From the NCBI GenBank assembly GCA_024275695.1, contig JAJRYP010000065.1, positions 1 through 34,300 of the forward strand: a DNA stretch of 34,300 nucleotides. Direction: 5' to 3'. Of this stretch, positions 17,298 through 27,590 are shown piece after piece. This stretch comes from Patescibacteria group bacterium. GTDB lineage: Bacteria; Patescibacteriota; Gracilibacteria; UBA1369; PNNO01. The notes under the pieces are model-generated. The model saw only the letters and a list, made by a program, of their open reading frames with translations. It was not told the DNA's origin and searched no databases. Numbering within the stretch: position 1 is the stretch's first letter; each line of letters begins with the position of its first letter. A program made the position numbers and the translations under genes.

Positions 17298-17818
17298 CTT
17301 TGTTTTTCTTTAACAAAACGCATCCAAAGATCTTTAATTAGATCCGTTGTCGCGTGCGCAAGAGAAGCAAGCAGCTCGCGGAGTTTTCTTAGTTGCGCCG
17401 TCAAAATATTAAGTTGATGTGCTTCCACGGTACCTTTTTTATTCATCACTTTTTTAATTTTTTTATGCAGGCTTTTAATTTCTTTTTTTAATTCACGTTG
17501 AACTTGTGATTTCATTATTTTTGTTGCCGGTAGAGGTTGAAAAGTTGCTGCGGCGGATTGGTTTTGAGTAGTAGCCGCACCGGTTCCGGCATATTGATCT
17601 TTTGCTTTTGATTCTTTTTCGCTCACTTTGTCCGGCGAAATCTCAGCCGCTTCGGCACCTTCTGCTGTTTCAAGTCCACCCAAGTCCACGGAAACCTTTG
17701 CTTTCTCGACTTCTTCTTTTTCCATTTTACGAACTTGCGGCTTTTCGGCCGTTTTAACTTGTTCTTTCCCTGATTCCGGGTTAACTCCCATTTTGTTATC
17801 TGTATCTGCCATATACAT
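17294..17818 (-). CDS. Hypothetical protein with a low-complexity acidic/Ala-rich N-terminus and a basic coiled-coil C-terminus
   Basis: 174-aa ORF with no recognisable domain. Its stop overlaps the nadA stop in CTAG (17294-17297). Confidence 0.45.
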   Translation of the reverse strand: MYMADTDNKMGVNPESGKEQVKTAEKPQVRKMEKEEVEKAKVSVDLGGLETAEGAEAAEISPDKVSEKESKAKDQYAGTGAATTQNQSAAATFQPLPATKIMKSQVQRELKKEIKSLHKKIKKVMNKKGTVEAHQLNILTAQLRKLRELLASLAHATTDLIKDLWMRFVKEKQS

Positions 17819-17957
17819 AATTAGAATTTCTTTATATTATACTAAGAAAACGGATTTGAGTCAATTTGGCAGACTTAACTTAAGCATTTATAAATTGCAG
17901 TTTGTATGGTATAAAAAATGCTGTATATCCTGTTAACGATTATAACCAAACCTCCAC

Positions 17958-20585
17958 GTGAAAGAAATAGCAAAAGCTTATACTCCTCAAAAATACGAAA
18001 ATTCTATTTATAAAAAATGGGAAGATTCGGGAGTGTTTACACCCGAAATAGATCCGAACAAAAAATCATTTACAATATCGATGCCGCCTCCAAATGCGAC
18101 GGTAACGCTACATTTGGGGCACGCTACAATGCTTGCAATTGAAGATCTAATGATTCGATATAAAAGAATGCAGGGGTTTTCGGCTTTATGGTTACCGGGA
18201 ACCGACCATGCCGCAATCGCCACTCAAAACAGGGTAGAAAAAAATCTTGCGGAAAAGGGGATTGATCGCCATAAACTAGGAAGGAAAAAATTTTTGGAAG
18301 AGGTTGGAAAATTTGTTGAAAAATCACGTGATACAATCAGGAAACAAATAAGGAAAATGGGATCAAGTTGCGATTGGAGCCGTGAAAGATTTACTCTCGA
18401 TGAAGGATTAACAAAAGCTGTACGTGAAGTTTTTACCAGAATGTATAATGATGATCTGATTTATAAAGGAGATCGAATAGTTAACTGGTGTCCGCGTTGT
18501 GAATCGACACTTGCGGATGATGAAGTTGAATATAAAGAAAAGCAGGAGAAGCTTTATTGGATTAAATATGGTCCATTTACATTAGCTACAACACGTCCCG
18601 AAACAAAACTCGGAGACACGGCCGTCGCGGTTCATCCGGATGATGAAAGATACAAAGATATGGTTGGGAAGAAATATATGATTCCCGGTGTTCTTGGTGA
18701 ATTTGAAGTGATTGTTGTTGCCGACAAGGAAGTTGATCCGCAGTTTGGATCGGGGGCCATAAAAGTTACTCCCGCACATAGTTTTACGGATTTTGAAATT
18801 GCGGAAAGGCATAACATTCCTTTGAAATCCGTTATTAACGAACAGGGGAAAATGATGGATAATTGCGGGAAGTACGCCGGAATGACAACAGAAGAGTGCC
18901 GTAAGGAAATTGTAAAAGATATGGATAAAATGGGACTTATAGAAAAAATTGAAGATTTTACTCATAATCTTTCAGTCTGTTACAGATGTAAAACTGCGGT
19001 AGAGCCGCTTGTTTCCAAACAATGGTTTATTGCTGTTGATAAACCGGTAATTCAAGATGGTGACAAAAAGATTTCAATAAAGGAAAAAGCCCTGAAAGTC
19101 GTTAGAGAAGGGGATATAAAAATCGTTCCTGATCGATTTAATAAAACATATTCTCACTGGATGGAGAATTTACATGATTGGTGTATTTCCAGACAAATAT
19201 GGTATGGTCATCAAATACCGGTTTGGTATTGCCGTGATTGCAATGAAGAAATAGTTCAAACGGATGATCCAGAAAGTTGTCGAAAATGTAAAAGTAAAAA
19301 TATAAAACAGGACTTGGATACTTTGGACACCTGGTTTTCATCCGGACTTTGGACTTTTTCGACATTAGGTTGGCCGAAAAAAACCGAAGATTTGAAGTAT
19401 TTTCACCCTACTGCGGTTATGGAGACAGGATACGATATCCTGTTTTTCTGGATTGCGCGCATGATTATTATGACAACTTATGCTCTCAACGAAATTCCTT
19501 TCGAGACTGTATATTTGCATGGACTAATTCGTACTCGAAGTGGAAAAAAAATGTCGAAGTCAGATCCGTCAACCTGTATAGATCCTCTTGAAATGATTGA
19601 TAAATATGGAACCGATGCCTTGCGATTAAGTTTTCTTATCGGATCGACACCCGGAAATGATATGCGTTTATACGAAGAAAAAATCGCCGGATACAGGAAT
19701 TTTGTTAATAAAATTTGGAACGCTGCAAGATTTTCTCTAATGAATATTAAAGAAGAAAATCTGGATGAAGTTTTTGATCCTAAAAGGCATATAAATTCAC
19801 GCGCCGATAAATGGATTCTTACAAAATTGCAATATCTGGTGAAAGACGTAACAAAGGATATTGAAAAGTTTAGATTTTCCGATGCCGGAACAAAAATCTA
19901 CAATTTCACCTGGTCCGAATATTGCGATTGGTATGTTGAGTTAAGTAAAGGTCAGCATTTGAATCCGCATGTTTTAGTACATGTTCTAAAATCTGTTCTT
20001 AGATTGCTGCATCCTTTTGTACCTTTCTTTACCGAAGTATTATGGGAAAATCTTCATGAAAAAAAGATGCTTATCGAAGAGACATGGCCTGAATATGATA
20101 AATCATTGGTGTTTGTGAAAGAAGTTGAAGAAATGGAGCTGTTGCACCAAATTATTTCGGATATTCGAAAAATGAGAGCCAACTACGGTGTAGAGCCGGC
20201 TAAAAAGATTCATGCCGTTATTTATGCTGGTAAATATAAAGACTTTTTAGAAGAAAAACGTGAGCCACTTACGAGAATGGCTCGTCTGGAGAATCTTGAG
20301 ATTTTCGATAAAGGAGAAAAAATTGAAAAAGCTGTTTGTTTATTTGTAGGCGATTTGGAAATTTATTTACCCTTGCATGAGTTGGTTGATATTGAGAAAG
20401 AGCAAAAAAGACTTGAGAAAGAGCTTGAAAATCTTGTTCAATTTGAAAAGACTTTATCTTCAAAACTACAGAACAAAAAATTTGTTCAAAATGCACCGGA
20501 AGATGTAGTAGAAAAAGAAAAAAAGAGGTTGAAAGAAACCAGGAGCGGGATTAAGAAGATTGAGGAGAAACTTAGCGAGTTATAA
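17958..20585 (+). CDS. valS: Valine--tRNA ligase
   Basis: 875 aa. HIGH-type motif (TLHLGHA), KMSKS motif (KKMSKSD), and a C-terminal coiled coil. The start is apparently GTG. Confidence 0.95.
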   Translation: MKEIAKAYTPQKYENSIYKKWEDSGVFTPEIDPNKKSFTISMPPPNATVTLHLGHATMLAIEDLMIRYKRMQGFSALWLPGTDHAAIATQNRVEKNLAEKGIDRHKLGRKKFLEEVGKFVEKSRDTIRKQIRKMGSSCDWSRERFTLDEGLTKAVREVFTRMYNDDLIYKGDRIVNWCPRCESTLADDEVEYKEKQEKLYWIKYGPFTLATTRPETKLGDTAVAVHPDDERYKDMVGKKYMIPGVLGEFEVIVVADKEVDPQFGSGAIKVTPAHSFTDFEIAERHNIPLKSVINEQGKMMDNCGKYAGMTTEECRKEIVKDMDKMGLIEKIEDFTHNLSVCYRCKTAVEPLVSKQWFIAVDKPVIQDGDKKISIKEKALKVVREGDIKIVPDRFNKTYSHWMENLHDWCISRQIWYGHQIPVWYCRDCNEEIVQTDDPESCRKCKSKNIKQDLDTLDTWFSSGLWTFSTLGWPKKTEDLKYFHPTAVMETGYDILFFWIARMIIMTTYALNEIPFETVYLHGLIRTRSGKKMSKSDPSTCIDPLEMIDKYGTDALRLSFLIGSTPGNDMRLYEEKIAGYRNFVNKIWNAARFSLMNIKEENLDEVFDPKRHINSRADKWILTKLQYLVKDVTKDIEKFRFSDAGTKIYNFTWSEYCDWYVELSKGQHLNPHVLVHVLKSVLRLLHPFVPFFTEVLWENLHEKKMLIEETWPEYDKSLVFVKEVEEMELLHQIISDIRKMRANYGVEPAKKIHAVIYAGKYKDFLEEKREPLTRMARLENLEIFDKGEKIEKAVCLFVGDLEIYLPLHELVDIEKEQKRLEKELENLVQFEKTLSSKLQNKKFVQNAPEDVVEKEKKRLKETRSGIKKIEEKLSEL

Positions 20586-20680
20586 ATCAACCAATGGTTT
20601 TGTGGATTTTTGGAGGACATACTTTATTTAAGGTCTGTTTTTTGTTATAATAAAAAGAAATTTCTATAAAATTTTTCTAA

Positions 20681-21601
20681 ATGAATGTGGCGCTGAATCA
20701 AGAAATCCATCATATTAAGGAGCTCATTTCAAATCAGAGATTGAAAGAGGCTTATACAGCATGCAATAAGCTTTTATTGAATTTTCCGGAAAGTGGAAGA
20801 GCTTACAAACTTCAAAAACAAATAGAGAAAATAGTGTTTAAGCGGAATGTGGAAAGTGTCAAGAAGGATTTGAAAAATCTAAAACCTTTATGGAGAGAAC
20901 ATAAATACGGTGAACTTGCAGAAAAATTACAACATCTACAGACTTATGTCCCCGGCTATGCTCCGGTGGAAAAACAACTGGAAAAAGCGAAAAAACTTTA
21001 CAGCAAATATCATGAAAAAGAGCAGAAAGATGCTTTAAGAAAATATATTAAGACTATTGCTGAAAAAATGAAGAAAGAGGAATATGAAGAAGCAATCACA
21101 CTCTCAAAACAAGTTTTGTATAAAATTCCTAATGATGAACAAGCCAAATTTCTTTTAAATAGGGCCAAAAAATTTTTTGTGACAAAGAAGATCAATGAAA
21201 ATAAACAGTTTTTGGAAAGTGATAAATTTGGTGAGATTCAAAAATTCCTTCAGGAACTTTTAAAATTTAATCCGAATTCAAAACAAATAGATGCATTGCT
21301 TAAGAAAGCGAGAAAAAGGGAAAAAGTGACACTCGAAATGAACAAGAAAGAATTTGCTTTCAGATCTTACGAAAATATCATGGTTCTGTATAAAAAGAAA
21401 AAATACGATAAAGTGATCGAGGCACTTCAGGAATTACTTACAATAGAACCTGATAATCTCAAGTATCTTGAACTTTTATCAAAAGCTAAAAAAAGATTCA
21501 GCAGACAATTGAACAGGGAAGTGATATCGAAAATATTCAAGTTACAAGAAAAATATAAACTCGATCATAAAAAGCATCCAAAAGAATTTATTAAGATATA
21601 A
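20681..21601 (+). CDS. Lys-rich all-helical, TPR-like repeat protein
   Basis: 306 aa with repeated roughly 34-residue helical units (for example EEAITLSKQVLYKIPNDEQAKFLLNRAKK and DKVIEALQELLTIEPDNLKYLELLSKAKK). Confidence 0.5.
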   Translation: MNVALNQEIHHIKELISNQRLKEAYTACNKLLLNFPESGRAYKLQKQIEKIVFKRNVESVKKDLKNLKPLWREHKYGELAEKLQHLQTYVPGYAPVEKQLEKAKKLYSKYHEKEQKDALRKYIKTIAEKMKKEEYEEAITLSKQVLYKIPNDEQAKFLLNRAKKFFVTKKINENKQFLESDKFGEIQKFLQELLKFNPNSKQIDALLKKARKREKVTLEMNKKEFAFRSYENIMVLYKKKKYDKVIEALQELLTIEPDNLKYLELLSKAKKRFSRQLNREVISKIFKLQEKYKLDHKKHPKEFIKI

Positions 21602-22678
21602 CTACTTTTTTTTAAGTTTGTACTGTTCACGACCAACTCTTTCGAATTGTGGCTTATTCTTGAGATTTAAAATAATAGTTATCTTTTTAACCTGTCTCTG
21701 TTTCATTACTTCTTTAATAATATCCTCTTGTGATTTAAGTTTGCCGTCTTTAAGAATATCTTCAATGATGTCTGCAACAGTTCCTTCTTTATATCCCCAT
21801 TCTTTAAGAGCATAAATTCCTCTACCAACAAGTACGAACTGATCGTGTCTGATCAGCTCATTGTGAACCGCTTGTAAATTAATACGTTTATTGTCGAATT
21901 GAAGTTCAGTGATTTTATTAACAATTTCCACAAAGTGAAGAGGTTTTTTATTCTTGTTTAATACATAATAAATCTTGTCGCGAAGCGTTTTTGGATTAAT
22001 ATGTCTCCAACTTGCCAAGCCGATACCACCTTCCACCGGCTTAAGTCTCTTATCAAGTGTAAATGTTGATATAACTTGCGGAAGATTACTGTGATCGAGC
22101 TCTTTAAAATGTTTACGCAGTTCATCAAAAATTTTACTGTGAGTGTAAATATCGGATTTTTTACTCAAAATATCAATTGTTTTCTCGGTAATATCTTTTA
22201 TATAAGTATGATCAATATTGGCATATTTGATATATGGGTGATAATTAATAGTGTTTGGAGTTCTTACAAGTTCTTTATCCAGTGTAAGTGAAAGATTGAT
22301 TGCGTTTTTATTAATTTCTACGTCATTTTTATTTAAAATATTAATTAGTTCCGCAAATAGATTTTCTTCCGTCATTATCCCTCCTTTTTCCTTTAAGATT
22401 TCCTTAATGAATTCATTGAGTGCATTAAGATCCGTATTCCCAACGTTTCTTTGTAATTTTGTAAGTGCGTTTTTTTCAATTTGTCTGATTCTTTCTCGAG
22501 TGACATTAAACTCTTTTCCTATCTCTTCAAGTGTTGCTCTATAAGTATTATCCAGATTAAATCGTCTTTTAATTACATGTTTTTCCTTTTGTGAAAGCAG
22601 TATCAGGAGGTCCTGTACTATTTTTTGAGCATTTTGAAATGTTCTTACAGGTGTCTTTTTGATATCCATAGAAAGCAC
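21602..22678 (-). CDS. Sigma-70 region 4-only protein with C-terminal HARE-HTH-like domains (paralog 2)
   Basis: 358 aa with the same architecture as 13087..14181: LSQKEKHVIKRRFNL...ATLEEIGKEFNVTRERIRQIEKNALTKLQR, and C-terminal PLHFVEIVNKI...AVHNELIRHDQFVLVGRGIYALKEWGYKEGTVADII. Confidence 0.7.
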   Translation of the reverse strand: MLSMDIKKTPVRTFQNAQKIVQDLLILLSQKEKHVIKRRFNLDNTYRATLEEIGKEFNVTRERIRQIEKNALTKLQRNVGNTDLNALNEFIKEILKEKGGIMTEENLFAELINILNKNDVEINKNAINLSLTLDKELVRTPNTINYHPYIKYANIDHTYIKDITEKTIDILSKKSDIYTHSKIFDELRKHFKELDHSNLPQVISTFTLDKRLKPVEGGIGLASWRHINPKTLRDKIYYVLNKNKKPLHFVEIVNKITELQFDNKRINLQAVHNELIRHDQFVLVGRGIYALKEWGYKEGTVADIIEDILKDGKLKSQEDIIKEVMKQRQVKKITIILNLKNKPQFERVGREQYKLKKK

Positions 22679-22791
22679 TTAAATTAAAAAATATTTAGAG
22701 GAATATATCAAATTTGAAAAATCCACTTAATTATATTCTTTTGTGATTTTTCAGTGAAGCAATTAGGGTTTACTAATTCCGGAAATAATTT

Positions 22792-23478
22792 TTAATTCAA
22801 GCTTTTCGACATAGAATGCATACGGTAGCCTATGCAATAAACGGTTTCTATAAGTCGCATTTTGGGATTGTAGTCGATTTTTTTACGAAGTGTGTTTATA
22901 TGAACATCGACAGTATGAGTAAATAAATTTGCATTTCTGTCCCAAACATTTTCAAGTATCTTTTGTCTACTTAAGATAACGTCGGTATTGCTCATAAGAT
23001 ACTCTAAAAGTTGGAATTCTTTATTTCTTAAATAAAGTTTTTGTTCAAATCTCTCAACCTCTCTTGTTTGAAGATTTAATGTGAGATCTGCAACTTTAAG
23101 AGTTTGTTTGTTTTTGAAAGATTGTTTTTGAAGAAGATATTTTTTGATCTCAAATGCCAGAGCTCTTACAGTGATTGATTCGGGATAAACATATAATGGA
23201 AGGCTTATATTAGGTGTAAGAAGATCTAATGTAGATTTGTTTGCAACAATAAAAAAAGGACAATTACGCGGCACTTTTTGAATTTTTTCGAGTTGTATTG
23301 ACGGTAAATGAATTTTCGATGGGAATTTACACACAACCGCATCGAATTGCTTTAACAAATATTCATCGTCCCAATTATCGTAAAATGACTTGGCTTCACT
23401 CTGAATATTTTCATATTTAAGCCCGCGGGATAGAAAAGTAGCCGCCATTGTATGCTCTGCAAGTACAAGAATATACAT
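22792..23478 (-). CDS. OmpR/PhoB-family winged-helix regulator with a degenerate (pseudo-)receiver domain
   Basis: 228 aa. The C-terminal trans_reg_C pattern is present (LTLNLQTREVERFEQKLYLRNKEFQLLEYLM...ILSRQKILENVWD...VDVHINTLRKKID...IETVYCIGYRM). The N-terminal receiver-like fold lacks the acidic pair (ILVLAEH) and the phospho-acceptor Asp (DAVVCKF). Confidence 0.75.
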   Translation of the reverse strand: MYILVLAEHTMAATFLSRGLKYENIQSEAKSFYDNWDDEYLLKQFDAVVCKFPSKIHLPSIQLEKIQKVPRNCPFFIVANKSTLDLLTPNISLPLYVYPESITVRALAFEIKKYLLQKQSFKNKQTLKVADLTLNLQTREVERFEQKLYLRNKEFQLLEYLMSNTDVILSRQKILENVWDRNANLFTHTVDVHINTLRKKIDYNPKMRLIETVYCIGYRMHSMSKSLN

Positions 23479-23618
23479 AACAACATGATAAAAATAATAA
23501 GGAAAATAATGATAATGAATTTTATGGATTAAGTAGGCTTACTTCTATAAATTTCCCTTTTAAATAATGAAAATAAGGTTAAAATTGTGCTGTAACTATT
23601 TCAACAACAATTTATTAA

Positions 23619-24650
23619 ATGATTGAATTAAACGAACTGCGGACATTGTTGGTAGAAAACGGAATTCCTTCCTATAGGGCCAATCAGGTTATGCACGCGG
23701 TTTATAAAGAAGGAAAAATCAATTATAGTAATATGACGGTTTTGCCTTCATTCGTAAAAGAATTCTTTGAAATGAATCTTCCGATTTTTTCAATTGAGAA
23801 AGTACGGGAAAGCATTTCATCAAGTGGGAATACGCATAAAACTCTATTTAGATTACATGACGGGAAAAAAATAGAAGCGGTTTTAATGCGCTTCAAAGAT
23901 GGGAGGAAGACGGTCTGCGTTTCAAGTCAAGTTGGATGTACATTAAAATGTAAATTTTGTGCAACCGGAAAAGGCGGTTTTAAGCGCAATCTCACTTATG
24001 AAGAAATTACGGATCAGGTTTTATATTTTCAAAATTTACTCAAAGATGAAGATTCACATGTTGGGAATGTTGTATTCATGGGGATGGGCGAACCGTTTCT
24101 GAACTATGACAATGTCATAAAATCAATATCGATTTTAAACGACCCGATCACTTTCAATATCGGTCTACGAAATATAACAGTATCAACATCCGGAATTATT
24201 CCGCAAATTAAACAGTTTGCCGATGATGCGAGGCAAGTAAAGCTCGCTATCAGCCTACATGCTCCAAACGATAAAATTCGAACTTCAATTATGCCTATTG
24301 CTAAAAAATATCCATTAAAAGAATTAATGTTAACTTGTAAAGAATATACGGAAAAAACGCATAGAAGAATTTCGTATGAATACGTAATGCTTAGAGGTAT
24401 TAATGATTCCGATTCCAACGCTCACGAACTTTCAAAGCTGCTTCATGAACAGCTGTGTCATGTAAATCTGATACCGTACAATGAAACAAACGTTAAAGGA
24501 ATGAAAGGATCAACAAAAAATCGTACGGAACAATTTAAAAAAATACTCGAGCTGCATAAGATTCCCGTAACGGTTCGCATCAGTCTTGGAAAAGATATAA
24601 AAGCCGCATGCGGGCAATTGGCGGGAAAATCCTCTTGCAATTTAGGTTAA
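23619..24650 (+). CDS. rlmN: 23S rRNA/tRNA adenine-C2 methyltransferase RlmN (radical SAM)
   Basis: 343 aa. Radical-SAM CxxxCxxC motif (GCTLKCKFCATG), MGMGEP, and a C-terminal conserved Cys (AACGQL). Confidence 0.9.
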   Translation: MIELNELRTLLVENGIPSYRANQVMHAVYKEGKINYSNMTVLPSFVKEFFEMNLPIFSIEKVRESISSSGNTHKTLFRLHDGKKIEAVLMRFKDGRKTVCVSSQVGCTLKCKFCATGKGGFKRNLTYEEITDQVLYFQNLLKDEDSHVGNVVFMGMGEPFLNYDNVIKSISILNDPITFNIGLRNITVSTSGIIPQIKQFADDARQVKLAISLHAPNDKIRTSIMPIAKKYPLKELMLTCKEYTEKTHRRISYEYVMLRGINDSDSNAHELSKLLHEQLCHVNLIPYNETNVKGMKGSTKNRTEQFKKILELHKIPVTVRISLGKDIKAACGQLAGKSSCNLG

Positions 24651-24695
24651 TAAGGAGAAGCATATAAGTATATTTAATTACTAACCAATTTAATT

Positions 24696-24956
24696 ATGGC
24701 TGATGAACAACAAAAGCGTAAAATTCAAGTTAAATTCGATTCGGATCAGGAAGCCGGCGTTTACAGTAACGCAATTTCCGTACATCTGAAAAAAAATGAA
24801 GTTGTAATGGATTTTGGATATATTATCCCAAATGTTGATCCGACCACAATTAAAGTTGTAAGCAGAATCAATGTGACTCACGAAACAGCGGAAAGTTTTT
24901 TAAAGGTTCTCTCAAATGCAGTTCTGGATTGGAAGAATAAACAGAAAAAAGCATGA
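24696..24956 (+). CDS. DUF3467-like small protein
   Basis: 86 aa. The pattern GVYSNAISVHLKKNEVVMDFGYI...KVVSRINVTHETAESFLKVL matches my recollection of DUF3467. There is a 4-nt ATGA overlap with dtd. Confidence 0.55.
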   Translation: MADEQQKRKIQVKFDSDQEAGVYSNAISVHLKKNEVVMDFGYIIPNVDPTTIKVVSRINVTHETAESFLKVLSNAVLDWKNKQKKA

Positions 24957-25405
24957 AAGCACTCATTCAGAAAGTAAAAGAAGCATCGGTTGTTGTTGAT
25001 GGAAAAATAACAGGAGCCATTGAAAACGGGATTTTAATATTTCTGGGAATAACGCACGAAGATGGATCTAAAGAAATAGAAGGTCTCGTTGATAAAATCG
25101 TTAATTTAAGAATTTTCGAAAACGATGGTAAGCGGATGGATCTTTCCGTAAAAGATCTCGGAGGAGAATTACTGATAGTTTCTCAATTTACTTTATATGG
25201 CAGTTTGAAAAAAGGAAGACGTCCGGATTTCGGTGAGGCGGCAAATCCGGAGAAAGCCAAAGAACTTTACGATTTATTTACTTTCGAGTGTCGAAAAACA
25301 GAGTTAAAGGTTGAGACGGGTGAGTTTGGCGCAATGATGGAGGTATCGCTTATTAACAACGGACCTGTTACTTTTTTACTTGATAGCAAGGATTTGTTAA
25401 AATAG
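24953..25405 (+). CDS. dtd: D-aminoacyl-tRNA deacylase
   Basis: 150 aa. MKALIQKV...ILIFLGI...SQFTLYG...NNGPVT motifs. Confidence 0.9.
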   Translation: MKALIQKVKEASVVVDGKITGAIENGILIFLGITHEDGSKEIEGLVDKIVNLRIFENDGKRMDLSVKDLGGELLIVSQFTLYGSLKKGRRPDFGEAANPEKAKELYDLFTFECRKTELKVETGEFGAMMEVSLINNGPVTFLLDSKDLLK

Positions 25406-25432
25406 CATTCGTTTAGACTTTAATTTTTAAAT

Positions 25433-26824
25433 ATGGCGCAAAATAAGCAAGATTTGATGGAGAAGGTAGTTTCACTTTGTAAGCGTAGGGGATTTGTATT
25501 TCATGGATCGGAGATTTATGGAGGACTCGCAAATACATGGGATTTGGGGCCGCTTGGCGTTGAACTTAAAAATAATGTCCTTAGAGCATGGTGGAAATTT
25601 TTTGTTCACGGTCGTCGTGACATTGTGGGGATTGATGCCGCTATATTAATGAATCCTAAAGTTTGGAAGGCTTCAGGGCATGTAGATAGCTTTAATGATG
25701 CTCAAATCGATTGCAAAGAATGTAAAAAACGATTTCGGGCCGATCATTTAATTGAAGATGCGCTTAAAGATGTAAAAGTTGAAGGTTTAAGCACCGATGA
25801 CTTAAAAAAACTGATTGATGAAAACGATATTAAATGTCCTAATTGCGGTGCGCAAAATTTCACGGACGTTAGAACATTCAACTTATTGTTTCAAACTCAT
25901 ATCGGACCGGTTGCAAACGATACGGATCCCATTTTTTTGAGAGGTGAAATTGCCCAAGGTATGTTTGTAAACTTTAAAAACGTACTTGATACATCACGCA
26001 AAAAAATTCCTTTTGGGATCGCTTCGGCCGGGAAAGCTTTCAGAAATGAAATTACTCCCGGCAACTTCATTTTCCGAACTCTTGAGTTCGACTTAATGGA
26101 ATTTGAATATTTTATTAAAGAAGATATGTGGAAGGAGAAGTTTGATTATTGGCTTGAGGAAATGCATAAATGGTTGGAAATTGTTGGGATAAATAAAGAA
26201 AATACACGTGTTAGGCAACATACCGATGATGAACTTTCTCATTATTCAAAGAAAACGGTTGATATAGAATATAAAACACCGTTCGGATGGAAAGAGCTTT
26301 ACGGTCTTGCATATCGAACGGATTTTGATTTGCGAAATCATATTGAAAAAAGCGGAGCCGATTTGAATTATTTCGATCAAACAACAGGCGAAAAATATAT
26401 TCCTCATGTTATAGAGCCTACATTCGGATTAAGCCGCACGTTACTTATGGTTTTACTTGATGCATACGATGAAGAAGACGTTAAAGATGCAAAAGGCAGC
26501 AAAGAAACTCGTATTGTACTACGATTAAAACCGGAAATCGCACCATTTAGAGCCGCAATTTTACCCCTTATGAAAAAACCGGAATTGGTCGAAAAAGCGG
26601 ATGAAGTATTTGGCTTACTCAAAGATGAATTTGCTTTAGACTTTGATATTACCGGAAGTATTGGTAAACGATACAGACGTCAAGACGAGATTGGGACCCC
26701 GTATGCAATTACGATCGATTACGATACTCTGGATGACAATTCGGTTACTGTTCGAGATAGGGATACATTGAAACAGGATAGGGTGAAGATTTCCGAACTG
26801 GTACCTATATTAAGAGGAAAATAG
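25433..26824 (+). CDS. glyQS: Glycine--tRNA ligase (alpha2 homodimeric type)
   Basis: 463 aa. [34 protein letters not shown]-terminus, class II motifs, and a C-terminal anticodon-binding domain. Confidence 0.95.
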   Translation: MAQNKQDLMEKVVSLCKRRGFVFHGSEIYGGLANTWDLGPLGVELKNNVLRAWWKFFVHGRRDIVGIDAAILMNPKVWKASGHVDSFNDAQIDCKECKKRFRADHLIEDALKDVKVEGLSTDDLKKLIDENDIKCPNCGAQNFTDVRTFNLLFQTHIGPVANDTDPIFLRGEIAQGMFVNFKNVLDTSRKKIPFGIASAGKAFRNEITPGNFIFRTLEFDLMEFEYFIKEDMWKEKFDYWLEEMHKWLEIVGINKENTRVRQHTDDELSHYSKKTVDIEYKTPFGWKELYGLAYRTDFDLRNHIEKSGADLNYFDQTTGEKYIPHVIEPTFGLSRTLLMVLLDAYDEEDVKDAKGSKETRIVLRLKPEIAPFRAAILPLMKKPELVEKADEVFGLLKDEFALDFDITGSIGKRYRRQDEIGTPYAITIDYDTLDDNSVTVRDRDTLKQDRVKISELVPILRGK

Positions 26825-26877
26825 AAATTTACGAAAATTTTATACTTTTTTTACAAGCTTATGTTATTTGATTATGC

Positions 26878-27531
26878 ATGAGTTTGCTTCCACGTGAAAA
26901 ATTACAACTACATGGTCCTAAACAATTAAATAATAGCGATTTGATTGCTATTATTCTCGGACACGCGACCAGAAAGGAAAATGTTTTCGATTTAAGTAAA
27001 AGAATTTTAAAAGAGTATGGATCGTTGCCGCTTCAATCGATACAGAATGTGACAGAATGCCAAAAATTATTCGAAATAGGACAGGTCCAGGCATCCAAAA
27101 TTGTCGCGTGTTTTGAAATCGGCAGACGTTTTTTTTCAAAAAATCATATAAAAAACAAACTTAACAATGCCAATAACGTATTCTCGCATGTAAAAGATAT
27201 GTTGGATCTTCGTAAAGAATATATTCGCGGACTTTATTTGAACACGAGACATGAATTAATTTACGATGAAGTTTTGTCTATCGGTACTCTTGAAAGCACA
27301 TCTTTGCATCCTCGGGAAGTATTTTATCCTGCAATTCAAAGATATGCATATACTTTTATACTGGTGCATAATCACCCTTCGGGAAATCCCGAACCAAGTA
27401 AGGATGATTTTTATTTAACCCGGGAGATAGTTAAAGCGGGGGATTTGTTTAGAATTCCTCTTCTCGATCATGTTATCGTATCTAAAAACGGATATTACAG
27501 TTTTCAGGAAAACGGAACCCTTTCACCTTGA
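26878..27531 (+). CDS. radC: RadC-like JAB/MPN-domain protein
   Basis: 217 aa. JAMM motif HNHPSGNPEPSKDD and an N-terminal helix-hairpin-helix-like region. Confidence 0.85.
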   Translation: MSLLPREKLQLHGPKQLNNSDLIAIILGHATRKENVFDLSKRILKEYGSLPLQSIQNVTECQKLFEIGQVQASKIVACFEIGRRFFSKNHIKNKLNNANNVFSHVKDMLDLRKEYIRGLYLNTRHELIYDEVLSIGTLESTSLHPREVFYPAIQRYAYTFILVHNHPSGNPEPSKDDFYLTREIVKAGDLFRIPLLDHVIVSKNGYYSFQENGTLSP

Positions 27532-27590
27532 ATTTTTGCCTTATTTTTGCTAAAATATATAGATTATAAATATAAAAACAAAAAATAAAC

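Noticed and set aside
17819-17957. T-box or other riboswitch leaders upstream of the aminoacyl-tRNA synthetase genes valS, aspS and glyQS.
   Set aside because: The leaders are too short (about 139, 85 and 27 nt). I saw no specifier-loop/T-box (AAUUAGGGUGGUACCGCG-like) sequence or terminator/antiterminator pair.
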